Position numbers and translations under genes: made by a program. 64,000 bases of DNA from Octopus sinensis (Eukaryota), in the NCBI RefSeq assembly GCF_006345805.1, contig NC_043013.1, forward strand, positions 8,494,001 through 8,558,000, written 5' to 3'. Positions 12,346 to 25,200 of this stretch are shown here, in pieces. Under the pieces are notes generated by a model. The model saw only the letters and a list, made by a program, of their open reading frames with translations, searched no databases and was not told the origin of the DNA. The stretch's first letter is position 1, and each line of letters opens with the position of its first letter.

Positions 12346-12799
12346 TGTTTGATAACTTCCTAGCCTATCTTTTTCTTGCAGCTGTCAACTTGGATCTTTT
12401 CAAGAATAACATGAACAGCATTAAGTGTCACTGGTTTTAGGGGGCAGGACTCTGAAGGGCCTGAAAACGGTCCTTTCCTTCAGATAAAATTAAATTAAAG
12501 AAAAAAAAAATGTTTTCTCTAACTTTGTTCTTGGATTTCCTTTCTTTCAGCCATGGTCATTAATACAAATGCAAGTAATCCTCCTGTTATTTATTCAATT
12601 AGACAAGTATCTAAGTAAGAAATCATTATTACAGCTAATTATTTCCATGTCAACATGAAAGAAGGATGCTGTTAAAATATAATGATAATGATGACGATGA
12701 CGACTGTGGTGGTGGTGGTGGTAGTGGTGGTGATGATGGTGATGGTGTGATTTGAGAGAAATTTGGCTGCTAATTCCGGCAGGTCAAGCAACCAACCAC

Positions 12800-13260
12800 T
12801 TAGAAACTACCCATCCTCTTCTGAGTGACTTCCGTTGACACCTCTTCATCGGCTGCAATAATACGAAGAGGGTGGGTAGTTGTTGTACCTTGAAAGGTCT
12901 TTACAAACTTGCCCAAACGAAGAGACAGAGATATAGGAGAAACAGGATTAAAGAGGCAATGTTAATACAGTTAGCATTTGAGTCTAAATTATTGTAACTC
13001 AAGGAAGATTATCAGGAAGAAATTATAAGTGGGAATAATGAAGTTGAAGAAGGTCAAAGCATTTGCGAAGAAGGCGGATAAAAGAGGATGATAGAAAGGC
13101 CGGAAGATAAGACAGAGCAGGGAAGGTGCGAGAGAAAGTCGAGAAGGAAGAATATTAAGTAGAGTGTAGTTTGTACTTAACAGGTTCTGAAGAGAAGTGA
13201 TAATTGCAGTAGCTATCGAATAGACAAAAGGATGAAGGCAGCTTTACAACTGGGACAATG
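12800..13260 (-). mobile_element. Decayed LINE 3' end (CR1/L2/Jockey group)
   Basis: Minus strand gives RYCNYHFSSEP and NFFLIIFLELQ-like relics of the YRYYxGxCSSEL and WNSLPxxxFPxxYN motifs; 17-bp inverted repeat at 12805-12821 / 12865-12881. Confidence 0.45.
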
Positions 13261-13638
13261 GTTTAGTATTGTTGGTTATTGTAAGCTTGTAATTCAGGTG
13301 GACTGATTTTTGTTTTGTTTCTTTCTTCTTTTTTTTTTATATCTTGGATGTGATAAGGAATATTTATGTGTGAGTGCACGAACGTGCTTGTATGCGAATT
13401 TGCGTGTGTTCATGTGTGCATGAGATATGTGTATGTATCTATGCATATGGATCAATTTGCACATGTGTGTGAGTGTGTGCGTGTGTGAGTGCATGTGTAC
13501 GTGCATACATGTGTGTGTGTGTGTGTGCGTGTGTGTGAATCAGAAAGAATTAAGTACATATATGGTGTGTTTATGAGATAAATGCATGTGTATATGTGTA
13601 CGAATGCATATAAGCTAGTGTATGTATGAAATTTATGC

Positions 13639-13675
<37 letters not shown>

Positions 13676-13774
13676 CATATGTATATATATAATGTGTGTG
13701 TGTGTGTGTTGTGTATGTATATATTTGTATATATATATATGTATATATATATTATTATATATATATATATACAA

Positions 13775-13805
<31 letters not shown>

Positions 13806-13807
13806 AA

Positions 13808-13844
<37 letters not shown>

Positions 13845-14046
13845 CACATGTATATGTGTATATATTCATGTGAGCTAGCTCAACTTGATTCTGAACTAAT
13901 AAGACAAACTGACTGAGGTAGGGTAACTCGACTGTGAATCCAAACCCCTCTGTTGTTGTTGTTGCTGTTGAATAAGTATACTAGCCTTGAGCACAATGCA
14001 TAAGAACAACATCATTCCAAGTATTCTTCCTTTTTCAAAACAACAG

Positions 14047-14098
14047 CATCTGAACTGAGAAAGACTTGGCTGCTGTTTCTAACATCTTGACAGTAGAG
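14047..14098 (+). other. Candidate non-coding (5' UTR) exon
   Basis: Pyrimidine-rich ...CAACAG acceptor and perfect GAG|GTAAGT donor; stops in all three frames. Confidence 0.3.
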
Positions 14099-14299
14099 GT
14101 AAGTAGATTTCACTGTTGTTGTTGCTGTTGTTGTTGTTGCTGTTGTTGTTGTTGCTGTTGTTGTTGTTGCTGTTGTTGTTGTTATTGTTGTTTCTTCTTT
14201 GGTTTCTTGTTTTAAATGTACCATTCCTTGTTTTGCAGCTGTTGATACAATTGAATACCAAAGGGATATGAGTGTGTGTGTGTATGTGTGTGTGTGTGT

Positions 14300-14335
<36 letters not shown>

Positions 14336-14545
14336 TTGTGTGTGTTGTGTGTGTGTGTATGCATTTTTGTATGTTTGTGCATTTGTGTGTGTGTATATAT
14401 ATATGTATATATATATATATAGATAGTTAGATAGATAGGAAAAAAAACTTACTTGGAAAAGGATGCAAGGCATTTAATCATATAATATAAAATATATGTG
14501 CATGTATGTATATATGCATATATAGTGTATATATATGTATATATA

Positions 14546-14587
<42 letters not shown>

Positions 14588-14940
14588 TTGTATGTATATA
14601 TATATATTATATATATATATATATATATTACATGTATATATATATATAAAATATTTAAGATTCAGTTGAATTAGGTACTTAATTGAGGCACCAAGCTAGT
14701 TTGGTATAGTCCACGCAGCTTGAAGTTAGGTGAATAAAAGTTATATATATAAAGAGAGAGGGAGAGTTTAATTTCATTCAGGTTTTAACCCTGGAGTTTA
14801 CCATATTAAGTTTATCCTCGGGTATAGATTATGAGACAGACAGTAATCTGATGACTGTTAGCTTTATAAAACACATGGCTGAAAATCCATTCATATCTGC
14901 AGGGTTTTTACAATTACAAACAAGAGGAAAAGAGCGATCA

Positions 14941-15040
14941 AGTTCTTTTATGACATCAATTTACAATTGTTTTATCTCAATTCAATATCATGAGACTGAA
15001 ATCAGATGAAACAATTGTAAATTGATATAATAAAAGAACT
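14941..15040. repeat. 37-bp inverted repeat containing a hammerhead 3'-half motif
   Basis: 14941-14977 is the reverse complement of 15004-15040; GAAACAATTGTA at 15008-15019. Confidence 0.7.
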
Positions 15041-15169
15041 TGTTCCTCTCCATTCTTCTTGAGAAAGAGAGAGAGAGAGAAAAAATAATCTCTCTCTCTC
15101 TATAATATCATTATTCTTCATTGTCTCTAATTATTTCTCTCTCTCTCAATATAATACTGGTTAATGCTT

Positions 15170-15850
15170 AATACTGGCTTAGTGGTTAGAGTGTTGGATT
15201 CATGATCGTAAGACAGAGCAATGCATTGTGTTCTTGAGCAAGACATTTCATTTCACATCACTCCAGTCCATTCAGCCAGTAAAACAGACGATTGGAGCCT
15301 GATGCAGCCTCCTGGCTTGCCAGCTCCTGTCAAACTAGGAAAAACAGATTATGATGATGATGATGACGATGATGACGACGACGACGACGGCGACGACGAT
15401 GACGATGATGATGATGATGATGATGATGATGAAGATGATGATGGTGATGATGATGAAGATGATGGTGATGATGATGATGACGACGACGATGATGATGATG
15501 ATGATGATGATGATGATATATACAACTGGCACTCTGCCAGTTATGACAATGAAAGTTCCTGTTGATCTGATCAATAGATTAGCCTGCTCATGAAATTAAT
15601 GTGCATGTGGTTGAGTACTCCACAGACATGTGTACCTTTAACATAGTTCTCAGGAAGATTCAGCATGACACAGAGTGTGACAAGGTTGGCTCTTTGAGAT
15701 ACAAGTACTACTCATTTTTACCAGCTGAGTGGACTGGAGCAATGTAAAATAAAGTGTCTTGCTCAAGGACGCAACATGTTGCTAGGAATTGAACTCACGA
15801 CCTTACAATCGTTAGCTGAATACCATAACCACTAAGCCACAGGCATTCAC
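15170..15850. mobile_element. Two opposed family D SINE fragments separated by (GAT)n
   Basis: Plus head GGCTTAGTGGTTAGAG...GTTCTTGAGCAAGAC at ~15175; minus copy ~15525-15850. Confidence 0.7.
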
Positions 15851-15879
15851 GCATACATATGTATGATTATGTTCCTGGA

Positions 15880-16430
15880 TGAATATGATCTACCAAACTA
15901 TACACAGCATGAGTTCAGTCCAGGAAGAAGCTGCCTCACACAACTCCTACAATGCTTGACCATACAGATGTCAGCCTGATATACCTTGACTTTGCAAAGA
16001 CATATGATTAGGTAAATCATGGCATAATATGTCATAAACTATGAGACCTTGGCGTTGCTGGTAAATTGGGAGAGTGGCTGCATGACTTCCTCAAAGACAG
16101 AAGTCAGGTAGATGCAGCCAATGGTGCACTTTCTGAGGAAACTCAAATCCTAAGTGGCATCCCCTAGGGCCATTACTATTCATAATAACCCTCTTAAACA
16201 TGCCCACGGTCACTCGGACAATCACTGTCATGCCAATGATACAAAATTATCACAGGCAATAAAAAAAAACCAAGATGACGTCATTAGCTTACAGCGGGAC
16301 CTGAATTCAATATACAAATGAGCTGAAATAAACTACATGCAGTTTAATGCTGGAAAATTTCAAGCACTGCTCTATCAACTCATGAATGCCCTACAGCCTG
16401 CATATACAGGACCCGAAAGCACTGCAATCT
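15880..16430 (+). mobile_element. LINE reverse transcriptase remnant (CR1/L2 group)
   Basis: QHEFSPGRSCLTQLL, YLDFAKTYD*VNHG, GKLGEWLHDFLKDRSQV, SGIP*G, LQRDLNSIYK*, QFNAGKFQ; stops and deletions. Confidence 0.85.
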
Positions 16431-17850
16431 CTTTTGCCAGTGAACAGGTTGCGGTCTCAAAGCGATGAAAATATTTTGACAAATTAAATTTAAATGTTGA
16501 AGTGAATCTAATGGTTTTTGTGTGTTTCTTAAACAGCTTATAAACAACTTCCACGCTGCAATTGTTTTCGTTCCAGCACACGATCTCAGATCAAGTCACT
16601 CGCTATGCAAGTACATCTCCGTAATATATCTATATATACCTATATACTTATTTGGTATTAGTACCTCCTATATAGATAGCCCACAATGTCTACCTTGCAG
16701 AGATCACCCATTTTTGGCAACATTTTTGTTATGATCACTGTACCCGGGTGCCCTTTCTATCACCAACCTCATTACCGAACTGTTAGGACCAGTCTGTGGT
16801 CTCTGGCCTCTAAGTGGGACCTTTCCAAATTGGATGCCTTATGACAAATTACCTCAAATTTTTTTAGAAATCTGCCCAGTAATGATGAGCCATGCCTCAT
16901 GGCTGTTATGAGTGTACTAGACACATTCATTTCATTGTGTAACTAGCGCTAGATATGTTGAGCACAGGCCAGCTGACCACTCTGTATCAGTTCTTCTTCA
17001 GAGTCGAGTCACTGTCCTTTTAGACAGGTTGTCTGCAATGCAGCTTGTAGAGTCATGTGCTGAGCACACACACACACACACACACACATACACACACACA
17101 CATATATAAGTATATGTATATATGTATGTGTGTGGATATATATGTGTGTGTGTATGTGTATGCGTGTGCATATATGTACACACACACACACACACACAAA
17201 AATCACATGTGCACACACACACACACACACACACATGTATGTATATGTATATATATGTGTGTGTGTATATGTGTGTGCATGTGTGTGTGTGTGCATGTGT
17301 GTGTATACGTACACACACACAAAAGTCACATGTGCACACACACACACACACACACATGTATGTATATGTATATATATGTGTGTGCTTGTGTTTGTGTGTG
17401 TGTGCATGTGTGTGTATACGTACACATGCACACAAAAATCACATGTGCACACACACACATCTACACACATATATAAGCTTGTATGTTATCAAACTAAAGA
17501 ATGAAAACCTGTGTGTTTATATAAAAACAACAAAATATAATATACTAACAATATATATTATGGCAAAAAAAAAGAAAAAAAAAAACTATATTCAATAGAT
17601 ATAATGATTAAACAGTTTCATGCTTAGTTAACAACTTGGCTAATTTAGCTAAATTCAGCTGTGAATAAAGCTTTAACTATTCTTACATAAAGAAATAGCC
17701 AAAATTAACCCCACCGCCACCAAGACCACCACGACCACCACCACTACCACCACCTATACCACCACCACCACTCTTTACCACAACAGACACACAGACGTGC
17801 ACGTGCCCACATGCACACATACGCACACACATATATCATCTATCATATAT

Positions 17851-17882
<32 letters not shown>

Positions 17883-18012
17883 TATATATATAATATATTT
17901 ATATATAATATATATATATATATCATATATATATATTATATATATATGTATATAATATATATATATATTTATAATTATATATATAGTATATATATTAATA
18001 TAATGTATATTA

Positions 18013-18051
<39 letters not shown>

Positions 18052-18559
18052 ATATAAACATATATATATCTATATAATATATATATATATATATAATATA
18101 TATATAAATAGAGAGAGAGTGAGAGAGAGAGAGAGTGTGTGGTGTGTGTGTGTGTGCATATGTTTGGTGGGTGTCTGTTGTTACACATTTATTCTTCCAA
18201 GCTAGTTTGGCTAGAGTAGTTTTTGCAAAATTTGAGTACATTGCAAAAAAATGTTGATGGTGCAATCATTTTTTTTCAGGAGGGATACTCTTCCTGTCAC
18301 CTGACCACTCAGTTGTGGAGGTGAAGTGGGAGGTATGTGTCTACATTTGTCTTTCATATAAAAGCAATTGATACATACAAACATAACATACTGCTTATTA
18401 GGTTATGTACCAACAAATTTACATAGAAAAACCTTGAAATACAAAATGCACTCAGTGCTTTTTATGTGGCACAAGCACCAGTGGGGTAACCAAGTAATTC
18501 AGGAAACAAGCCCAGTCAAGTGAGAGGGGAATAGTACTGAAGGAGTTGGCTTTATGCCA

Positions 18560-18947
18560 GGTGGTGGAAGTGCATGGCCTAGTGGTTAGGGTGTTAGACT
18601 TATGATCATAAGATTGTGGTTTCAAATCCTGGACTGAGCAACGTGTTGTGTTCTTGAACAAAATACTTAATTTCATATTGCTCCAGTCCACTCAGCTGGC
18701 AAAAATGAGTAATCCTGTGATAGACTTGCGTCCTGTCCAGGTGTGGGATATATACAGCATGAAACCGGGAAACCTGTCCTTATGAGGCGCAAGAGTGGCT
18801 GTGAGGTAAGTATCTTGCTTACCAACCACATGGTTCTGGGTTCAGTCCTACTGCGTGGCACCTTGGGCAAGTGTCTTCTACTATAGCCTCAGGCCGACCA
18901 AAGCCTTGTGAGTGGATTTGATACACGGAAATTGAAAGAAGCCCATC

Positions 18948-19001
<54 letters not shown>

Positions 19002-19120
19002 GTGTATATGTTTGTGTGTCTGTGTTTGTCCCCTCAACATCACTTGACAAATGCAGTGGGACTGAAACCGGAACCATGTGTTTGGTAAGCAAGCTACTTA
19101 CCACACAGCCACTCTTATGC
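18560..19120 (+). mobile_element. Family D SINE followed by a family A SINE
   Basis: tRNA-like head at ~18565; CORE-type SINE from ~18785, with a short inverted piece near 19050-19120. Confidence 0.75.
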
Positions 19121-19134
19121 CTACTTTTACCTTT

Positions 19135-19350
19135 TTACCTTTTAGCATTTAAACAGGTCACATCCAGCCCAAATATTGTACCTGTTTTACGTTCAACCGA
19201 GCCAAACCTGGCCTCTCACATTTATGCTACAATATCATTCTAGAAAGAAACAATCACATCATTAAAAGTCTCAAAGCTACAAGATAATGCATGATTAATT
19301 CAAAACAATAGGCATTTCATTTGTCAGAGTAAGCTGAATGCTAATGGGTT
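19135..19350. mobile_element. MITE with TTTAGCATT-type termini
   Basis: CCTTTTAGCATTTA... and ...TGAATGCTAATGGGTT are inverted termini. Confidence 0.55.
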
Positions 19351-19860
19351 GATCTATATTTACTTGTGTGAAGCCTCTTAACCTTTCCAATACAACAACA
19401 CACAAGGATACAAATATATATATATATATATATAGTATATATTATATATATATATTAATGAATATACACATGCACACAAACACATAAATGCATACATTTA
19501 TGTTTGTTTTTATGTGTAGCTAAATATATAAAAGAGTCAAACGGTAATTGAAGGATCAGTCCATAGATTTTAAGTAGAGTATTACATTTATTTCTACAAA
19601 GAAAAGGTTGACAGTGACTTTCAACTTTTGCTGGTCATTGGCTTTGTCTGAATGTCGGACAAAGTCAATGACCATCAAAAACCTTTCAGCAACTGTGTGT
19701 GTGTTTGTGTATGTGTGTGTATGTTTCCTAGACACATGGCTCTGGGTTCAATCTCATTGCATGTCACCCTTGGCACATGTCTTCTACTATAGCCCCAATT
19801 TGCCCAAATCTTTGAGTGGGATTTGGTAGACAGAAACTAAAAGAAGCTCACTGTGCATAT

Positions 19861-19861
<1 letters not shown>

Positions 19862-19892
<31 letters not shown>

Positions 19893-20272
19893 TTAGCGTC
19901 CGTTCTCCATGCTAGCATGGGTTGGACGGTTCAGCTGGGGTCTGTGAAGCCAGAAGGCTGCATCAGGCCCAGTCTGATCTGGCAGTGTTTCTATGGCTGG
20001 ATGCCCTTCCTAACGCCAACCACTCCGTGAGTGTAGTGGGTGCTTTTTACGTGCCACTCGCACAGGTGCCAGACGGAGTTGGCAAACAGCCACGGATGGA
20101 TGGTACTTTTTACGTGTCACCGGCACGGGGGCCAGGCGAGGCTGGCAACGGCCATGATCGGATGGTGCTTTTTACGTGCCACCGGCACAGGGACCAGGCG
20201 AGGCTGGCAATGGCCACGAACGGATGGTGCTTTTACGTGCCACCGGCACGGGGGCCAGGCCATATGTCTGTG
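19862..20272 (-). mobile_element. RTE 3'-end-derived element with four ~60-bp internal repeats
   Basis: (CAT)n on the plus strand, GGATGCCCTTCCTAACGCCAACC, repeats of CTTTTTACGTGCCACCGGCACGGGG. Confidence 0.85.
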
Positions 20273-20275
20273 TAT

Positions 20276-20334
<59 letters not shown>

Positions 20335-20503
20335 CATACAAAATTTAGAGGAATGACCACTAAAGTGGTCACCCTTTATGCTAAACATAGACGTCAAATC
20401 ACCATTACTAGGAAGAATGTGTTCTCAAAAAAAATCTCAGCAAAAAACCAAAATGTAAAAATAAGCAAGACAAATGAAAATATATGAAATAAAAAACTAT
20501 TAC

Positions 20504-20577
20504 CTATGTACCTTTGGTTTCACTTGTTAATATTTACGTATATGAACATGCAAATATCTGCAAGATCATCAGCATAG
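20504..20577 (-). ncRNA. Type I hammerhead ribozyme motif, canonical core
   Basis: Minus strand: CTATG-CTGATGA-[CTTG..ATATTTGC..GTAAATAT..CAAG]-GAAA-CCAAAGG-TA-CATAG. Confidence 0.8.
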
Positions 20578-20639
20578 TCTGTCGTTTACAAAACATAATT
20601 TCCAACACACTTTATTTCACATTGCTACAAAATTAGTTG

Positions 20640-20930
20640 AACAAATTGACCCCAGGACTTATTCTTTGTAAGCTGAGTACTTATTTAATCAGTTCTTTTG
20701 CCGAACCACTAGGTTACAGGGACGTAAACACACCAGTGTCAAACAATGCTGGGGAGACTATATACAACAAGCTTTTTTTCATTTTATGTTTATGAAATCT
20801 ACTCACAAGGCTTTGGTTGGCAAAAAGCTATAGTAGAAGATATTTGCCCAAGATGCCACGTTGTGGAACTGAACCTGGGACCATGTGGTTAGAAAGGAAG
20901 CTTCTTACCACACAGCCACTCCTGCACCTA
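20640..20930 (-). mobile_element. SINE family A, diverged
   Basis: Both halves are recognisable on the minus strand. Confidence 0.75.
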
Positions 20931-21061
20931 TATATATATATATAATATTAGGGAGTTACCTAATAGTTGTTTTATCTCTAATTTAATTTATCTATATATA
21001 TCAGCATTATCAGGTATATAAAATATATATATATATATCTTATATATCAGCAGCATCAGGT

Positions 21062-21532
21062 ATCATCATCATCATCATCATCATCGTTTAGTGTCCGCTT
21101 TCCATGCTAGCATGGGTTGGATGGGTCAACTGGGGTCTGTGAAGCTGGAAGGCTTCGTCAGGCCCAGTCAGATCTGGCAGTGTTTCTACGGCTGGATGCC
21201 TTCCTAAGCCAACCACCCCGCGAGTGTAGTGGGTGGTTTTTTACGTGCCACCTGCACAGGTGCCAGACAGAGTGGCGAACGGCCAGAACGGATGGTGCTT
21301 TTACGTGTCACCGGCACGGGGCCAGGTGATGCTGGCAACGGACACAAACGGATGGTGCTTTTAGCTGCCACCCGACACGGGGCCAGACAGAGCTGGCAAA
21401 CGGCCACGAACGGACGGTGCTTTTACGTGTCACCGGCACGGGGGCCAGCCGAGGCTGCAACGGATGCGAACGGATGGTGCTTTTACGTGCCACCGACACG
21501 GTTGCCAGACAGAGCTGGCAAACGGCCACATA
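21062..21532 (-). mobile_element. RTE 3'-end-derived element with five ~60-bp internal repeats
   Basis: Same family as 19862-20272. Confidence 0.85.
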
Positions 21533-21574
<42 letters not shown>

Positions 21575-22082
21575 TAATGATGCTAAAACTCAAGAGATGT
21601 TTGTGTGTACCTGAAATATCTCAGAAGTAGTATATTATATCTTAATTTTTTTTACATATTTATTTTCATACTTACCTTTGGTAGTGCAGTACAAATTTTT
21701 GTGATATTTGGATCTTTATTTATTAATGAAAATGATTAAACACAAATTTTTGTTTGTTATTTCTTGATGAAATAAAACATGGCTTCTGTGATGTCAACAC
21801 ATACACATACAGAATACACACATATATAATGAATGTCATGGCTTTTCAATCAACACAAACACCCGTCTGCTATCTGTGACATATACACATACATAGTCTT
21901 CACACTCTCTAAGAGAAAAAATGTTGACTTTTTGATATATACAATATTTTAATCGTTAAGAAATATTTTTAACTGAATGTGATTTCAAAAATGTAAGTTG
22001 TTTGTACAGTAAGTATTTATATTTTAGCTTTCTTTAATCAGACCATATTTTAATGTCTTTTTTTAATTATTTTCAAGTGAAT

Positions 22083-22568
22083 GGTGATCTTTCGCTTTGA
22101 CTGTCATCCAGAGATTGATAATTTCCATAAAAAGTTATATTTATTTGCTTTTGCTTTAAAGTGAAAGACATATGTATATGTATATGAAATGGACGTGCAT
22201 GTGTGTGTGTGTCTATGAGAGAGAGAGAGAGAGAGAAAGAGAAAGAGAGAGAGGAAAAGAGAGAGAAAGGGTGAGGGACAGTGAGGGAAGAGGTGTATTG
22301 TCATGTATACATACATACATCAATACATGTACATCTTTTTGTGTGTACATGTGCATGTGTGTGTGAGAGAGAGTGAGTGAATGTGTGTGTTCTCATGTAC
22401 GAGTAAGTGGCTCTCTCTCTCTCTCTCACACACACACATGTTCATTCCATATACACATTCATACATCTTTCACTTTAAAACAAAAGTAAATATATAAAAT
22501 TTTTTACGGAAATTAACAAAACCAGCTGATCCGGGTGACAGTTCTGAGAGTCAGAGTGAAAGATCGCC
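22083..22568. mobile_element. Foldback/MITE-like element related to 1380-1830
   Basis: Inverted arms GATCTTTCGC...AATTTCCATAAAAA...TTTAAAGTGAAAGA versus their complement at 22390-22565; (GA)n/(CT)n inner arms. Confidence 0.7.
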
Positions 22569-22590
22569 CCAAGGGAATACCATTACAAAA

Positions 22591-22701
22591 ATTTGGCTGC
22601 TATTTCTAGCACACCCTGCTACCATGTAACAGCTATTTGTGATAAAGGACCTGAAATACCTGTTACATGGTAACAGGGTGTGCAAGAAATAGCAGCCGAA
22701 T
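22591..22701. other. 48-bp hairpin with 15-nt loop
   Basis: 22591-22638 pairs with 22654-22701; one G-U and three mismatches. Confidence 0.85.
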
Positions 22702-23879
22702 CTTTTTCTTTTCTGGGGAAAGGAGCCGTTTACATGTGATTTCGATGTCACATTCATTGAAAGCTTGTGAAATAACATGGAAAAGTAAAAAAAAAGCTCA
22801 CGAAACAAAATTCCATTGCTGGGAAACTCAGACTTTCCAGATGACTCAATGGATCACAGGTAGTCTAGTATATATATATATATATATATATGTGTGGTTA
22901 GGGAGCTTGCTTCCTAGCTACATGGTTTCGGGTTCAGTCCCACTGCGTGGCACTTTGGGTAGGTGTCTTTCACTATAGCCCCGAGCTGACCGGAGCTTTG
23001 TGATTGAATTCAGTAGGTGGAAGTTACTGCCGTGTGTGTATATGTGCGTGTAGGTGCTTGTGCCTCTCCCAAAGAGAGAGAGGGATATTCATTTATCTAT
23101 CTATTTATTGTCAATCTGCATCTCTCTCTTTGTTTCTCTCCTTCTCTCTCTCCCCCTCTCTCTCTCCCTCTCTCTCTCTCTCTTATATATATATATAATA
23201 ATATATATATATATTATTATAAATATATATATTATAGACATACACACCTGCACTCACTCACATTCACACACTTTGTGTCACTTACATACACACATACACA
23301 ATACGTATACACTCTGACTCATAGATATCCACACACACAAACATAATACACACACACACACATGCACACACACACACACACACATGCCACTTTTTGTTCC
23401 CCCTTCTCCACATATATATACACATATATACATATTTCTCATCACAGCTCACATCTGCTCAAATACATCTGCACACATTCACACAAGCACATACCCCACA
23501 AAGTTACATACCCTGACTCACCTTCATATTCACATACATACATACATACATACATACATACATACATACATACATACATACATACATACATACTTACATA
23601 CATACATAACATACATACATACATACATACATACAATATACATACATGCATGCATACATACATACTACATACATACATACATAATACATACATACATAAC
23701 ATACATACATACATACAATACATACTACATACATACATACATACATACATACATACATACACACACGTATACATACTCACACACATACATATACTCATGC
23801 ACTCTCATGCACGTTTATAAATATGTTAATTTGTTATTGGAAAACTACAAACAATTATTTTTTTAAATAGTTAAAACAG

Positions 23880-23944
23880 ACAACAAAAAACCAGCTATGA
23901 TAAGAGAGACTGAAGCAGTGAACAAAAAACCCATCTGTGACCAG
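23880..23944 (+). other. Candidate 5' UTR exon of the SYT14-like gene (5' limit unknown)
   Basis: CAG|GTGAGG donor at 23944/5, then a 71-nt intron ending TTTCTGTCTCTTTGTAG. Confidence 0.5.
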
Positions 23945-24048
23945 GTGAGGGCGAATGTTTGTAAATGTTGAATATATATATATAAATTCAGGTGTGTCTT
24001 TCTGTCTCTTTGTAGTAAATTCCCACCTTGAAAAAGGATTACAACACG

Positions 24049-24067
24049 ATGTCTACCATTAATTCAG
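24049..24067 (+). CDS. SYT14: First coding part of a synaptotagmin-14/16-like gene (MSTINS + phase 1); exon 24016-24067
   Basis: Good acceptor at 24015, in-frame upstream TAA, A at -3, CAG|GTAAGG donor; phase fits the exon at 60701. Confidence 0.55.
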
Positions 24068-24868
24068 GTAAGGTAAATTTTCATATATATTTTAAACCTA
24101 TTTTGTATAATGATCAAAAGAGGAAGCCCTCTATAGGATCACTGGTTCTGGTTGATATTAGATATAGCAGCTAAATATTTCCCGAGTTACATCCAACCAA
24201 CCATCTCAACAAAAACAAAAAAAAAATAACATGACATGTTCGACAATGTAGAGCTAGATATAATTTAACTGAATAAATGAAGGGATGGTCACAATTGGAT
24301 TGTTGCTGAAGATTATTTACCTACTCAATCATGCCTGACTTGGAGCTAAATAATAGTGATATCAACTTATTTTGGGATAAGGTAGCTCCTATTAATTTCA
24401 AATTTTGGTACAATGCCAGAAATTTCAGGGCAGGGGTTAAGTCAATTACATCAACCCCGGAGCCTAACTGGTACTTATTTTATCGACCCTGAAAGAATGA
24501 AGGGCAAAATCAACCTTGGCAGAATTTGAACTCAGAACATAACAACAGACAAAATGCTGCTAAGCATTTTACCTGGTGTGCTAATGATCCTGCCAGCTTG
24601 CTACCTGGAAGCTCTTTTTAACTACTAGAAATAGTAGCCAATCCTCCATGCTAAACTGTACCTTTGCATTTCTGTTTTTGTTTTTTGTTTTTTGTTTTTT
24701 GTTTTTAAAATAAATGAAGGACATACAAGATAATGTATTGTTAGATAGTATCTGAAAAAAAAAATGGGAAGGTCACAGCTGGATTTTTGTTGCTGTTGAT
24801 TACTAGTCTGCTCAATCAAGGCTAACCTAGAACTAAATCACAACAATAAAAATAATCCTTTCTACTAG

Positions 24869-25200
24869 GCTCAGTGGTTAGAGCGTCGAGCTTACGATCG
24901 TGAGGTTGTGAGTTCGAATCCCGGACCGGGCTGCGTGTTGTGTTCTTGAGCAAAGCACTTTATTTCACGTTGCTCCAGTTCACTCAGCTGTAGAAATGAG
25001 TTGCGACGTCACTGGTGTCAAGCTGTATCGACCTTTGTCTTTCCCTTGGATAACACTGGTGGCGTGGAGAGGGGAGGCTGGTATGCATGGGCGACTGCTG
25101 GTCTTCCATAAAAACAACCTTGCCCAGACTTGTGCCTCAGAGGGTAACTCTCTAGGTGCAAACCCATGGTCACACATGACCGAAGGGGGTCTTTACCCTT
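24869..25200 (+). mobile_element. tRNA-derived SINE family D (V/Meta-like central domain)
   Basis: GGCTCAGTGGTTAGAGC...GAGTTCGAATCCC head; GTGTTGTGTTCTTGAGCAAAGCACTT...CTCCAGTTCACTCAGCTG; similar copy at 40125. Confidence 0.85.

Noticed and set aside
12381-12630. Acceptor-like sites and short ORFs on both strands next to the satellite
   Set aside because: No recognisable protein and no matched donor with a compatible phase
13294-13916. His/Thr/Tyr/Ile/Val/Cys-rich ORFs here and throughout the window
   Set aside because: Translations of (CA)n, (TA)n and (TG)n microsatellites
14849-14895. CTGATGA...GAAA spacing compatible with a hammerhead
   Set aside because: Stems I and II do not pair convincingly
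20555-20582. Minus-strand DYADDL, suggesting a reverse transcriptase motif
   Set aside because: No other RT motifs nearby; the same bases form the core and stem I of a complete hammerhead
21677-21789. Minus-strand exon candidate with a perfect AAG|GTAAGT donor
   Set aside because: AT-rich, no ORF and no partner exon; a single strong donor is expected by chance in 64 kb
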